Shown one piece after another: positions 26,766 through 38,894 of a DNA stretch of 64,000 nt. A program made the translations under genes and the position numbers. Below the pieces are notes generated by a model. It made no database searches and was not told where the DNA came from. It saw nothing but the letters and a program-made list of their open reading frames with translations. The stretch lies in the NCBI RefSeq assembly GCF_036321535.1, contig NC_087436.1, forward strand, positions 98,644,001 through 98,708,000, read 5' to 3'. Origin of the DNA: Camelus dromedarius (Eukaryota). Every line of letters begins with the position of its first letter. Within the stretch, counting starts at the first letter, position 1.

Positions 26766-27865
26766 CAGATATTAAACAAACTTGGATAAGTTGTACAAAC
26801 TTTTACGTCTTTGGGGAAATGATACCAGCATGTTTGCTAATGTCATAATACCAGCACTTAAATAAACGTTGAGATAATAATTTATAAACCAAAGATCATC
26901 ATTCATGTCTGGTAGATTTAACACTTGAATTTAATATATTTGTTTTTGTAACACAGCTCTCAATCACACATAAGTGGATGCACTGTAACAACTTTTTTAG
27001 GGCTTTGGAAAACCAGCTGCAGTGAAGTAAATAAACCCAATAAAGAGACATGAGTAAAATAAGTTAGATAATTTTATTTAAATGATCTGAATGCAAATTC
27101 AATGGACCTCTTTTAATCTACATAAATTGAGAATCAGAGAAATGTTAAAATATATGAATTTATATATGCATTGAAATGTTTAAAATATGTAAATGCTAAG
27201 AAAGGAATGAGGGGTGACAATAATGTGTATTCTTTGGCCATTTTCCATTCATTGCAATTTCTAACCTTGAAAAGGACAGAAAAATACTTGTATGGTTTTA
27301 TGCAGCTCAATTAATATATATATGCATAACTTTTGAGATGTAATTTTTAGAATTCTAGATCTAAGTCATATGCCTGTAGCTTTCATAAAAGTTACATTCT
27401 AGCAACTCAAGGAAAACAGATTTAATTATAGGCAGATAGAGAAATAGAATAATGGAATGTTAAAACTTACAGCAATGTTAGAGATCTTTTAAATCTATGC
27501 TACATTTTACAGAAAACAAAACAATGTCTGGAAAAAGTGATGGACATACCAAGAGTCATATTAAAATGTTAATGGAAATTCTGAAATATGTATGCAGTTA
27601 CTATTGCATTGTATTACAGAATGGCTAGCAGGATTCTATATTATTATATTTCAGCATTTCTAAAAATATCTTTTAAGTCTTCAAAGAAATGAAAATTTCC
27701 TGTGCAGATTGCCCTTGGTTAGGATTTATTATGAAACAACTGAACAATTAAGTAGGTACATGAGAAATTCTCAGCAGCCCCACAATCAAGCTTTGTGGTG
27801 AAATGGACCATCTCACTAAGCATCAGGGTTTACTATCAACTCATGTAAGATATCTAGCATTCTTT

Positions 27866-28302
27866 TTTTTTAATTTACATATATGTACTGTTCATTGTTT
27901 CTAAGAGAGCCTTAGCTTTTTAAACTTACATAATTATCAAAGGAATAAAGCTAACCACAAAATAAGAATTAATAGACTGCAGTAACCCAATCATAAAGGA
28001 CAGTCAAATGTGCTTACACATATTTAGGAAATCAATCATCTAAGTTATAAATAATAAATAGTTCATCTGTGTCCTTTTTTTTATATTCCACATATAAGCA
28101 GTATCATATGGCATTTTTCTTTCTCTTTCTGGCTTACTTCACTTAGAATGATAAGCTCCAGGTCCATCCATGTTGCTGCAAATGGCATTATTTTATTCTT
28201 TTTCATGGCTGAGTAATATTCCATTGTGTATATATATGTGTGTATATACACACATATATATACCACATCTTTTTTATCAAGTCATCTGTTGATGAACATC
28301 TG
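27866..28302 (-). mobile_element. TSD-flanked chimeric retro-insertion: L1 ORF2-end/3'UTR (28061-28302) fused to ~190 nt non-L1 sequence and poly(A)
   Basis: 17-bp TSD gatatctagcattcttt (27849-27865) / gatacctaacattcttt (28303-28319); poly(T) 27863-27871; L1 peptide YTMEYYSAMKKNKIMPFAATWMDLE in ORF 28081-28266. Confidence 0.85.
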
Positions 28303-28962
28303 GATACCTAACATTCTTTAACTTATGGCCAGATATGTAGCATTGTGAACATGTTAGCCTTCCAGAAGCAGCATCTAAGGCCATCTAACAATGTTTATGA
28401 TTTAGGTTCTCTTTCTCACCTTCTTTAATACTACTTTTTCTTCTATTTCTGCTTTTATTGTCCTCTCTCTTTGGCTTCTTCCTTAAAGAGCCCTGAGTAA
28501 GGAAATAGAAGTTCTACACCATTTAATGACACTTCCGTGCAGAATCCTCAAGCCTACCACATAGATTTATTTACCCCTACTGAATATGGAATGGGGGATA
28601 GTCTCAGCTGTGGCTTGAGTGCAGACAATTGTAGCCTAGGCTGTAGTCATTTACACCCATAAACTATGGCTGCTTCCCACAGAAAAGGTGAATGACATGG
28701 GAGAAACTAAGAATCTTATGGATAATTTGACTTAACATACTATGCACCTTCTTTTCCAAACATAATCCCCCTTAATACCGCTGATAAGCTCTGCAGTTTT
28801 TTTTATTCATATAGAAAAAATATTCAGCACATGGGATCCAGGACAACATCTTCTAAGTTGCAGTACCAGCAAGTACCACTTATTATCTAAATTACATTGT
28901 TCAAATTACTTGGGTTCTCAAAGTCTCCTTCCTTCCTTGAAAATTCCCTCCCTTGAAAAATT

Positions 28963-29650
28963 TGAGATTCCTCAAAAAACTAAAAATAGACTTACTATAT
29001 AATCCAGCAATCCCACTTCTGTGTTTATATCTGGATGGAACTCTAATGCAAAAAGATACATGCATCCCAATGTTCATAGCAGCACTATTTACAATAGCCA
29101 ATGCATGGAACCAATCTAAATGTCCATCGACAGATGACTGCATAAAGAAGTTGTGGTATATTTATACAATGGAATACTACTCTGCCATAAAAAATAAGGT
29201 AATGCCATTTGCAGCAACATAGATGGACCTAAGAGATAATCATGCTAAGTGAAATAAACCAGAAAAAGAAATAAAAATACTATATGATATTATTCATATG
29301 TGGAATCTAAAAAAAAAAAGGAGACTATGAATTCATCTACAAAACAGAAACAGACTCGAAGACTTAATAAACAATCTTATGGTTACTAGGGAAAGAAGGG
29401 GGAGGGGATAAATTTAGGGATTTGAGATTTACAAATGTTAGCCACTATATATAAAAAAATAGATTTTAAAAAAGTTTTTTTGTATAACACAGGGAATGAT
29501 GTTCAATATCTTGTAATAACCTTTAATAGAAAAAATATGAAAATGAATATATGTATGTGTATGCATGACTGGGACATTGTGCTGTACTCCAGAAACTGAC
29601 ACATTGTAATTGACTATACTTCAATAAAAAGAAAGAAAGAAAGAAAGAAA
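28963..29650 (+). mobile_element. Young camelid-type L1, 5'-truncated, inserted into a MIR
   Basis: ORF2 C-terminus (PAIPLL..KDTCIPMFIAALFTIA..WNQSKCPSTDD..YTMEYYSAIK), full 3'UTR, (GAAA)n tail; MIR core resumes at ~29652. Confidence 0.92.
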
Positions 29651-30286
29651 AAATTATAGCACCTACCACATAAGATTAGTGTTATTGTTAATTGAGATTA
29701 ATGTTATTTATCAGTTATTAACAATTTAACAGTTATTAATAATTACTATTATTGTACTTGTGGTAATATAGGAAGTACATAGCAGGTAAATGGTAAAAAG
29801 TCAATAAATGCTAATTGCTTTCTTATTTTATTTTCCATGATGTTCATTTCACTTCATATACTTATTTATATCCATATAAATAAGTAGAAGAATGTCTTGC
29901 CTCTTAAAAATATTTTTAAATAATCAACTTGAAATTAAGTATGGGTTTATAAGTAATGAAAGAAAAATTCAGATAGGTAATATGGTGTAATATCTAAGAG
30001 CATGGATTTTGGTGAGGGGTCACCGGAATCACCAGAGGCCATGTATGAGGTCAAGTCCTAGATCTCCCACCTGGGCTTGGTCTACTCTTTCTGTATGATT
30101 GTGATATAAAAATATGTGAGCAGTCCATGGGGCTCCTTCAGTGATTGTTAACTATTGCAGTTAAGGGATATTTAAATACAGAATCCATGCGATGGGGTAA
30201 ATGATATGAAAAGCAGAGGAGAGTAAAAAAAGAGTCCTGAAAGCCTGGATCAAACACATCTTTTTAAACTGAGTTTGGAGTAACAC

Positions 30287-30501
30287 CAAAGTAGACAAAC
30301 CAGCCTGTGTGTCAAATCTGGCTGCAGTCTGTTTTTGTAAATAGCGTATTATTGGAACACAGTCCATTCACGGACATATTGTCTATGGCTGCTTTCTCCC
30401 TACAATGACACACTTGAGTAATGGTGACAAGGGCCTTACGGCCCACAAAGCCTAACATGTTTACTTTTTTTGACCTTTATAGAACACTTTTGCCAACTCT
30501 G
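30287..30501 (+). mobile_element. MER58A hAT-Charlie element
   Basis: 'ctgtttttgtaaatag...ttattggaacacag...gtctatggctgcttt...ggcccacaaagcctaa...tttgccaactctg'. Confidence 0.88.
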
Positions 30502-30699
30502 GAATAAAAGAAGATGTGGTGAGCTTGATTTTGTTCATGTTGAGAATGAAATACATGAAGAACATAGGAGTTATCTACACAGTCAAATGGAGCTAAGAAG
30601 TGAAGTTGAACGGGGACTGAGGTAAGTCATTATTTTGGATAATAGGTTAATTGTAACTGCATTTTGAAAATATAAACTCTACTATTAATAAATAAGTCA

Positions 30700-30950
30700 A
30701 ATGAATATAGTTTTAAATTATAGATTCTAAAATCAGACTGCCTTGGTTCAGTCCTGATTATAACTTACCCTGAAACCTTGGTCAAATTAATTAATGTCCT
30801 GCACCTGAATTTCCTCATTTGTAAAACTAGAATAATAATAACAATAATAATAATAATAATAGTATCTTTCTCATAAGATGCTTGTGAGCGTATATATGTA
30901 AAGCAAAAACCTTCAGCAAGTCTATCATGCCAGAAATTTTTAGCTTTATT
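30700..30950 (+). mobile_element. MIR SINE with internal (AAT)n expansion
   Basis: 'tcagactgccttggttcagtcctg...tttcctcatttgtaaaa...aataataat'. Confidence 0.85.
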
Positions 30951-31149
30951 CATATAAACACATTTAATGATGTTCGGTGATAGTAAATCTATTATAAAGG
31001 ATATTTTCTGTAATATTCAAATAATAATAAATCTCATTTAAGAGATTCAATAATAAAAAGTTTTTTAATAGAAACAGGAACTCAGTGAATTGGAAAGTTT
31101 AGAGTAGATCCAAATAGGGTTTTTTTCCCCCTAAATTAATAGAATACTT

Positions 31150-31447
31150 TAAATGACACAAAATTAGAACTATTCTTATTACAAGCATCTCAAGAAAGAG
31201 ATGAGAATATTGTATAATGGCATATGGTAAGTTCATAAAAAAACAAAATGAAACTATTATCATGGAAAATCAATACAGTGGCCATAGTTATGGTTGGGGG
31301 TTGAATAAATGGAAGAAACATGAAGAAAATTTCTGGAGTGATAAAAATATATCTTTTTTATGGTGTTTACATGGAAGTGCACAATTGTCAAGAATTCATC
31401 AAACAACATTTATGACTCTGTATTTTGTTACATATTATTGAATTCAA
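31150..31447 (+). mobile_element. L1ME-like 3'UTR fragment
   Basis: 'catgaagaaaatttctggagtgataaaaat...ttgtcaagaattcatcaaac'. Confidence 0.7.
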
Positions 31448-31797
31448 AGAGTACCTCAAAGAGCACACGATAAACAATAGTTATAAAAGCAAAAACTCTG
31501 ATTTGAAAACACCAGGGTTTAAAAAAAAAAAAAAAAGAAAATACAAAAGTTTGATGAGAGAAGGAATGGTTAAGGATCAGAGATCCTCCAAAGTAATGTG
31601 GCATAGAGTTCATAATGCCCAAGTGTTTGACGAGTCTTACAGATCTAAACCACAGGTAATCTAAATAAATAAGGGCTTAAAGGAGCCATTGGAAGGGGGT
31701 TAATGTGGGTGGGAAACACATGCAGACAAGCACAGCAATCATCAATAGACTATCCAGAATATGCTAAGAGTGCCCTAGAGCATGATAGGAGACAGAT

Positions 31798-32262
31798 TGT
31801 ATGTTTGGGCATGTATTTGCAAGTCACATCTTTACTCTTGATTCATTTCCAGGGAACAGATTCTGACCCCATCCCAGAATAGTTAAGCAGATGGGGATTT
31901 ATTATAGGATATTAATAAGCTTTCAGAATATTTGGGATAGCTAAGAAGATCTTAGGCTGAGCTTCTAGTAACGACTTCCAAAGCCCACAATATACAATTG
32001 GGTGTCTAAGGGAGCCACTGCTTCTGCCACAGTCAGGAAATTGCCTGCCCAAGCAGAAAGCTACTGCAGCGTGAGCCAGATCCAGAAGCTGCCTTCACTG
32101 CTTTCCTCGGAAGTAACTAATGTTTCTCAGAAGTGAAATTGATTCAGCAAACTGAAATCGCAACTAGGTATTTCAAGAGAATCTAGAAGTTTATTTTTGT
32201 TCTGTTCTGTTCTGTTTTGTTTTAGCTTTGAGTAAGCTAAGCCAAATATATCATCACTCACA
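31798..32262 (-). mobile_element. Ancient LTR, LTR78/LTR79-like
   Basis: 'agttaagcagatggggatttattataggatatt...cagaat', 'gccactgcttctgcc'. Confidence 0.55.
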
Positions 32263-33131
32263 GTTTTCTTCCCATACTTAAACTGCCAAACAGCAATACA
32301 AAAAAACAAAAATTCCCCTTTCTAACACAACACAGCCATCCTAATAGAAACAATACGCTCATCCTCTCTTGAAAGCAAGGACCAAAACTCTCATCAAGTG
32401 CTGCATCCACTCCTGAGTGATGCTTATTCCTCTTCAATTACAATCTCTTCCTGACAGGGTGTAATCTATGATATAAATGATCATTTTAATTGCCATCAAC
32501 ATTCCCTGTAAAATTATAGGAAAGGAAGAGAGATAAATGGAAGTTAAATAATATTTATAAACATATAGAAATAAAACGGATAAAAATAAAGTAGACAGAT
32601 CACTCCTTATTTCTACAACAGAACACTAGCTCATAGTCTTGACATTCAGGGAGGATGATAATGTCACATTTGGAATTCAGCAACCCATGCAACTCAGTTT
32701 TGCATTTGATTTTGGATTTGAATTTTGTGGCTCTAAGAAATGAGTATATTTTAGGGTTGTCACAGAAGCTCTCTGATTCTTAGAGTATGACTTGAGTTGA
32801 AGTTCCTGAGGTTGTTGTTTCTTTCTGTAAGCTCTCCAATGCACTCAAGAAATTCTAGCACAGCCTTCTTGGTCACTTTTGTTGCCATACATTGAAGTGT
32901 AGCAACCATTGGACTCCCAAGGGACTTGATTCAGTTGACACTTTATCACAATCAACTACAGGTGGTATCTTGGCTGATTATTATGCTGCTACATGCCACA
33001 GAATACTGGCACCCTATTTCCTTTTGGTAAGAGTCTGCCCAATATGCTCAAGTCCAAAGGCAGGACTAAACCAGTTTCCAAATTCCTTCTTTTCAGATCT
33101 CCTGGGATTACCCCACTTCTTCATAGCACTT
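32263..33131 (-). mobile_element. Heavily deleted ERVL-type internal region (3' non-coding part joined to 5' gag part)
   Basis: ERVL-like 3' block 'ccttatttctacaac' and 5' block 'ccagtttccaaattccttcttttcagatc...cacttc' adjoining an LTR. Confidence 0.55.
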
Positions 33132-33470
33132 CTGTATCAATCAGCATCCAATCAAGAGACAGAAAGCACACAGTAATTTGAACCAGTTTAAAACTCTCAT
33201 AGGAGATTAGTTACTCTGGGGAAAAAAAAATTCTGAAGAATTCAGGAGTAGCATATGGCGTGCAAAGCCACATCCTGAGCAGAGCATCTAAAGAAGGAAC
33301 AGATGCAGAAGACACCCCCATCTTCCCAGACCTGAAATGCAGACCTCCTTGCAGAAGGTTTTGTTAGATAGTTTGATAAGTGGGCACACTAGGCAGATAA
33401 GGTGGAGGAGAGGGAGGATGTTCCAGAAGATGGGAGTATGCCACCTTCAGCATAAAGGGGCTTTACTTCC
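33132..33470 (-). mobile_element. ERVL LTR, LTR41/LTR52-like
   Basis: 'tgtatcaatcagcatccaatcaagagacagaaagcacacagtaatttgaac'. Confidence 0.7.
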
Positions 33471-33477
33471 TCTAAAT

Positions 33478-33825
33478 GAGTGCCAGCAAGAAACCAGTTG
33501 GAACCTGAAAGCAGTGACTGCACAGTAGTGACAAGGACCTAACCAGACATGACCCAATGCTCATTGTAATACAATTAGCATTACAGTTTAAGCGCCCCCT
33601 CCGTGAGTTTTTCTGTGTGCATCACGGGTAAGGACATTGCAAAAGGGGACAAGCATGACTAAGCACTTCAGGGGCAAGAGCCATCAACCAATCAAGAGAC
33701 CTCCTCTAAGTGAGGGTGTAACAGATGGAACAAACAAGGACCACTGCTCTTCTCCCTTGGATCAGCCTGCCTCCCATTCTTGGAGGTGTACTTTTGCTCT
33801 GCTAATAAAATCTTTAAAAAAAGAA
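33478..33825 (+). mobile_element. ERV1-class LTR fragment
   Basis: CCAAT near 33688, 'ggtgtacttttgctctgctaataaa' LTR R-region signature, then an A-tract. Confidence 0.55.
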
Positions 33826-34190
33826 AGTTCTGAGAAATTACATTTTCTCAAATTGAAATATGGGGACAGCGTACTGAAGAGTTACTAATAAATGATAAAA
33901 CTTTTCATCTCCTTTATCAAAGAAGCATAAATTAACTCCGGGAAAATAGCTATGAGTTTGGATTATCACATTCTAAATAGTTGCATTAAAATAGATAGGT
34001 ACTATATGCCCTCAGATCATGATGCCTTGAACTGTTTAAAAAATTTTATTTTACAGTATTGAGCTAAAGAATGAATATTATGAAACATCTATCTATGGTT
34101 GATGTGGAAAATGGTTAAGTGCCTTCATATGCCCTATAGAAGTATGTTCAGCATTACTCCTGGGATCTCTATCATCTTTCAGTGGATGAT

Positions 34191-34433
34191 AATAATCATT
34201 AACATTTATTGAGAAAATATTGTGTGCCAGGCACTGTTATTAGAGCTTTCCACATTTTAAAACATTTAATACTCACAAGAATTCAGTGAGATTAAAAAAA
34301 AAACATTATTATCATCACCATTTTATAGATGAGGAAACTTGCCAAAACCCAACTTCCAAAAGTCAATGAGCTAGATAATAGCAGAGAAATTCCATTAAGT
34401 CTGGTTCCAGAATTTGATATTTCTAACATACTC
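34191..34433 (-). mobile_element. MIR SINE
   Basis: 'aacatttattgag...tgtgccaggcactgt...ccattttatagatgaggaaact'. Confidence 0.88.
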
Positions 34434-36195
34434 TTTCCATAATAAAAAAGTTAGCGAAAACATGAAATACTTGGAAGTGTGCTTCTATTTTGATTACAAA
34501 TTTATTCCTCAGGATCCAGGAAAACAGGATGAATGACCCCTTAAAGCCCTTAGCACCATGGGATTAGAAGTATAGTGTTGCAGTCTGTGACAATATCTCT
34601 TAGGCATATGAAAATAATCCACTTTGTCTACTGGCAACCATTTTTGAGAATAAAAATTCGTGTGCATAAAAGCCAGGGAGAAATCAATGACTCGTGTTTG
34701 TGTCATTGATGAATTGTGTAACTGCAAACTCTTGATTTAGCAGTTGCTGATTCTGTTAAATTCCTTTCGTTTGTTGCATAGGGAAGAACATTTTCCATCA
34801 GTCTGGGTCATTTAAGGTGGGATTCCAGCAATGAGTATCAGGGGTCTTAGGAAGTCAGTTTTTAAAATCCTCTTATTTTCCTTTGGGTTTTGAAACAGAT
34901 AGGAAATACAAGTTCCACACCAGTAGTGGAGTATATATATGAAGTACCAAAATGTGTTTGTCTTGAAGGTAGTCAGACTTTGATTAAGAGTACTTAAAGA
35001 TGCTGAACTGAGCATGCTCTGTTTATCCTCCCAAAGTTACCCTGGTGATTATTCACTTCTCTTCCAGGGAGGAATAACTAAGGGATTAGAGTAAATCTGG
35101 AAATACTCTTGCAATATTTTACCTCATACAGTGTACATTTCCTTCCTCAACAGAAACCTAATGATCAGGCTATAAGCTTGCGACGGCTAGGGGAAGGAGC
35201 TAAGACCCTTTATGTCTAAGGGAGTCAGAGTTTGCTATGAGTCTGTAGGAAAGTATGTCTCATTAAGGGTATGGAATACTGAGGACTGGCAATGCTCAGT
35301 TCAAAAAGAGCAGAGAAAAATAAAAACTTTCCAAAAATGTCTTTACTCAGTGGGGAAAGAACAGATCTTAGTGCAAACTAGTTGTTATGGCACAAAATGA
35401 CAGAAACATCTAGTCCAAGTGTGAGATGTGTACATTGTATCCAAAGGATAAACCTGCCTCCATGGCAGTTGATTGGAGAATATTCAAGACAGCAAGTCAC
35501 TGTCATCAGTGTGCTTAGACTCTCTGTCCTTGGACCCTGGTGGGAGAAACTTGGGATATCAACACCTCATTTAAGTTCAGAACAAATAAAAGAGTTGCTT
35601 GAGCACTTTGGGAATGAACGAAAATTTCTGCTAGAATTTGTTCACGTTTGATGTGAGATTTTGAATGTCACCAACTTCAGGACATCTCCACCTAACTACA
35701 GTATTAAAATCCAAACCTACCCCTAGCATCCACAAAGGAACGTGGCTGGATATGTTGGCAACAATGTCCCCAGTGCAGAAAGGAGCAGTACAGGGAGGGG
35801 TGAGGAACTAATTTATACCAATAACATTATATGAAGACAGATATTACTGGTTTTGCTTGTTGTTTCATGATGTTTAGGGTGTCGATTGGGTTTCTGTTCT
35901 GCGAGTGAGAGAGGTAAAATATCACAGATGACCTTCATTCTTGGAACATATGCTTGCTTTCTGTTTCTCCACATTGCAGCCCATTCAATTAAATGATGCA
36001 ATTTCTTAATGAAATCAAGAATGTGGGGTGTGGAAATGTACTATTCTTTTTTCCACACTAATTTTTGATTAAAGTAAAGGAATTGGGAAATTTCAAGACA
36101 ATGTATAAAATAGAAGTTGAATATCTTCAGAGTATATAATTTAGGTTTTACTTCCTCCTTTCTCCCCTTCTACATGGAAGATTACTAATTCATTA

Positions 36196-37047
36196 TAGTA
36201 TTCTCCCCTTATTTGTGGGTTCACTTTCTGAGGATTCAGTTACTAAAGTCAACAGCACTCCATAAATATTACATGGAAAATTCTAGAAATAAAAAATCTA
36301 AAGTTTTAAATTGTACACTGTTCTGAGTCACATGATAAAATCTCTTGCCATTTCACCCCATCCCATCTGGGATGTGAATCAGCCCTTTATCCATCATGAT
36401 ATACCTATCAGTCACTTAGTAGCCATCTCGGTTATCAGATTGACTGATGAGGTACTGCAGTGCTTATGTCTAGGTCACTCTTATTTTATTTAATTATAAC
36501 CCCAAAGCACAAAAGTAGTGATACTGGCAATTGGAATATGCCAAAGAAAATCCATAGAAAGCTTCTTTTAAGTGAAAAGATGAATGCTCTCAGCTTAACA
36601 AGAAAAGAAAAAAATTGTATGCTGAGGTTGGTAAGATGTCCAGTAAGAACAAATCTTCTATCTGTGAAATTGTAAAAAAGGAAAAATTAATTTATGCTAA
36701 TTTTACTGTTGCACCTCAAACTGCAAAAAGGTATAACCCCAGAGTGTGATAAGTGCTTAGTTAACATGGAAAAGGCTTTAAATTTATACAATAAGATATT
36801 TTGAGAGACAGAGAGGGTGAGAAAACACATTCACATAACTTTTATTACAGTATACTATTATAATTGATATATTTTATTATTATTTATTATTAATCTCTTA
36901 CTGTGCCTAATTTATAAATTAAACTTTAACATAGATATGTATTTACAGAAAAAAACATAGTATATAGAGGGTTTGGTGCTGTCTGCAGTTTCAGGCATCC
37001 ACTGGGCATCTGGGAATGTCATTGCCACAGATGAGAGAGGGCTACTA
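36196..37047 (+). mobile_element. MER44/Tigger7-derived TcMar DNA transposon (internally deleted)
   Basis: TIR remnants tagtattctcccctt / gagagagggctacta; transposase N-terminal relic MPKKIHRKLLLSEK (ORF 36460-36675). Confidence 0.88.
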
Positions 37048-37579
37048 AAACTGCCGTCCAAAGGATCCTTTCCTGGTCACAGTCATTTTTTAAACTTGTT
37101 TTCCTTCTTCTCGGGTGTATGCTCTTCTTAATTTCCAAGGGAAAGATGCCTGTTATAGTCAGGGATGAGATATTTGTCTAAAGCAGTCAGGATCTAAAGC
37201 ATTTAGTCTAAATTAATGTGTGGGCTTCTGGATAGTGATAGCAATTGATGTCAAGTCTAGTGTAATCATTGCTGGAGAAGAGTTCTGGCACTCTAGATTT
37301 TTCCTTCAGTATAGTTATACCTCTTCTAGGTCAAATTTCCTTTTTGATACTCCCATCATGGGATTCAGACACAAAGATACTAAAGCAAACACATGCAAAT
37401 CTAGGGACAAGCAATAATTAGGGTGAGATAGTGGGGAAGTCTAAGCCCGTTAATAAATGACATGTTTGCTTAGTTAATGTTGCTGATCCATATGAAAATA
37501 TGTCACATGGCCACATGTTATGGTTGTAATAAGAAAAACTAAACAATAAAATCATTATTTTAAAAATAGCACTTGTGCA

Positions 37580-37694
37580 GGGGAGGATATAGCTCAGTGG
37601 CAAAGCATGTGTTTAGCATGCACGAGGTCTTGGATTCAATCCCCAGTACTTCCATTAAAAAATAAATAAGCCTAATTGCCCCCACCTCTGAAAG
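37580..37694 (+). mobile_element. vic-1-type camelid tRNA-derived SINE
   Basis: ggggaggatatagctcagtgg (A box)...ggattcaatcccc (B box), tail 'aaataaataagcctaatt'; TSD aaaaatagcac(t/c)tgt 37562-37576 / 37695-37709. Confidence 0.9.
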
Positions 37695-38099
37695 AAAAAT
37701 AGCACCTGTATTTCAGAATCTCAAGCACCTTATGTAGATTGCTTGTTGTTCTTCAGGATTCAGTCTGGAAAAAGGTTAATGCTTGTTAGCGGATGGTCAG
37801 GTACTAAGTGTCATTTTCAAGCTCAAGGGGAATGACAGGAATCTAAACAATGCCATTTCTTTAAAGCTCAAGTTGACAGCTATGAGCCCATTGATACAGA
37901 GAAAAAAAAAAAAAAAACAACCTGGAGTATCTGAAAGAAAATTTCTCAGCTACTTCGCAGCTGAAATATCTTTCCTTTCCATCTTAGGTGTTGACATTTC
38001 TGAACATTGTAATAGTGATGTGTAAGAACAGCAAAGAATGAGTCTGCAACTTCACAGCCCAGAAGGGTGTACGGTTTAAGAAGCAAGACAATCTTCTAT

Positions 38100-38284
38100 A
38101 CTTGCTAAAAGCATGGTCTCCAGAATCAGACCACCTGGACAGACCTGGCTGTTCTATTTGTTAGCTATAAGACATAGAAAAACTTCATCCATCTCCTATG
38201 CTTGAGTCTCTTTAACTGTAGGATAGGGATATTAATGGTTCTTACTGTAGAGTTATGTTTTGAGCATTAAATGAGATACTGTAT
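38100..38284 (+). mobile_element. MIR SINE (interrupted by MLT1; tail at ~38780-38820)
   Basis: 'gaatcagaccacctgg...gcattaaatgagatact'. Confidence 0.7.
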
Positions 38285-38765
38285 GTATAACATAAGCTGG
38301 GGTTGTGTTCAGCAAAGCATGATAGAGATCCAGAATAACGGTGACTTAAAACAAGCAAACACACAATAAAGCTCGTTTGCCTTTCGTGTCGAAGTTTAGC
38401 GTCATTTGGAATCAAGCAACCTAGTGCTGATGTGGCAGTTCTGCTTCATAAAGTTCATGGTCACCCAGACTTTCCCCTGAAAACCAAATCATGATCCAAC
38501 GCTTCTGCTCCTTCTCCTGCCACTGTGTTTACATTCAGTTCACATCCAGTTCCAGGAAGGAACAACACATGAGAAGGGAACGAAGGTTTCACAACTACTG
38601 TCTTTTAAGGAAGTTTCCTAAAAAGTTCCGCGTGACTTCTGCCCAACCATTTCCCATTGGCCCAAATTTGGTCACATAGTACACTTGTCTTCAAGAAAGC
38701 TGGACAATGTGATCCTAGTTTGATTATTTATGTATCCAATTAAATATCAGGAGTTAAATACCATA
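38285..38765 (-). mobile_element. MaLR LTR, MLT1K/L-like
   Basis: 'aataacggtgacttaaaacaag', 'cccattggcccaaatttggtcacatag...aagaaagctggacaatgt'. Confidence 0.75.
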
Positions 38766-38894
38766 AACTGTTGCCATAAAATAGCTCCCAGCACATGAAG
38801 AGTCCTCAAAAGTGTTCAATGCTTTATAGTAAATATAAATTACCAACCCACTTTATTTTAAACTAATTGTAAGGATTTAAATTGTTTTAAAATT

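Noticed and set aside
37580..37655. tRNA gene
   Set aside because: A and B boxes are present, but the AT-rich tail, TSD and second diverged copy show it is a SINE.
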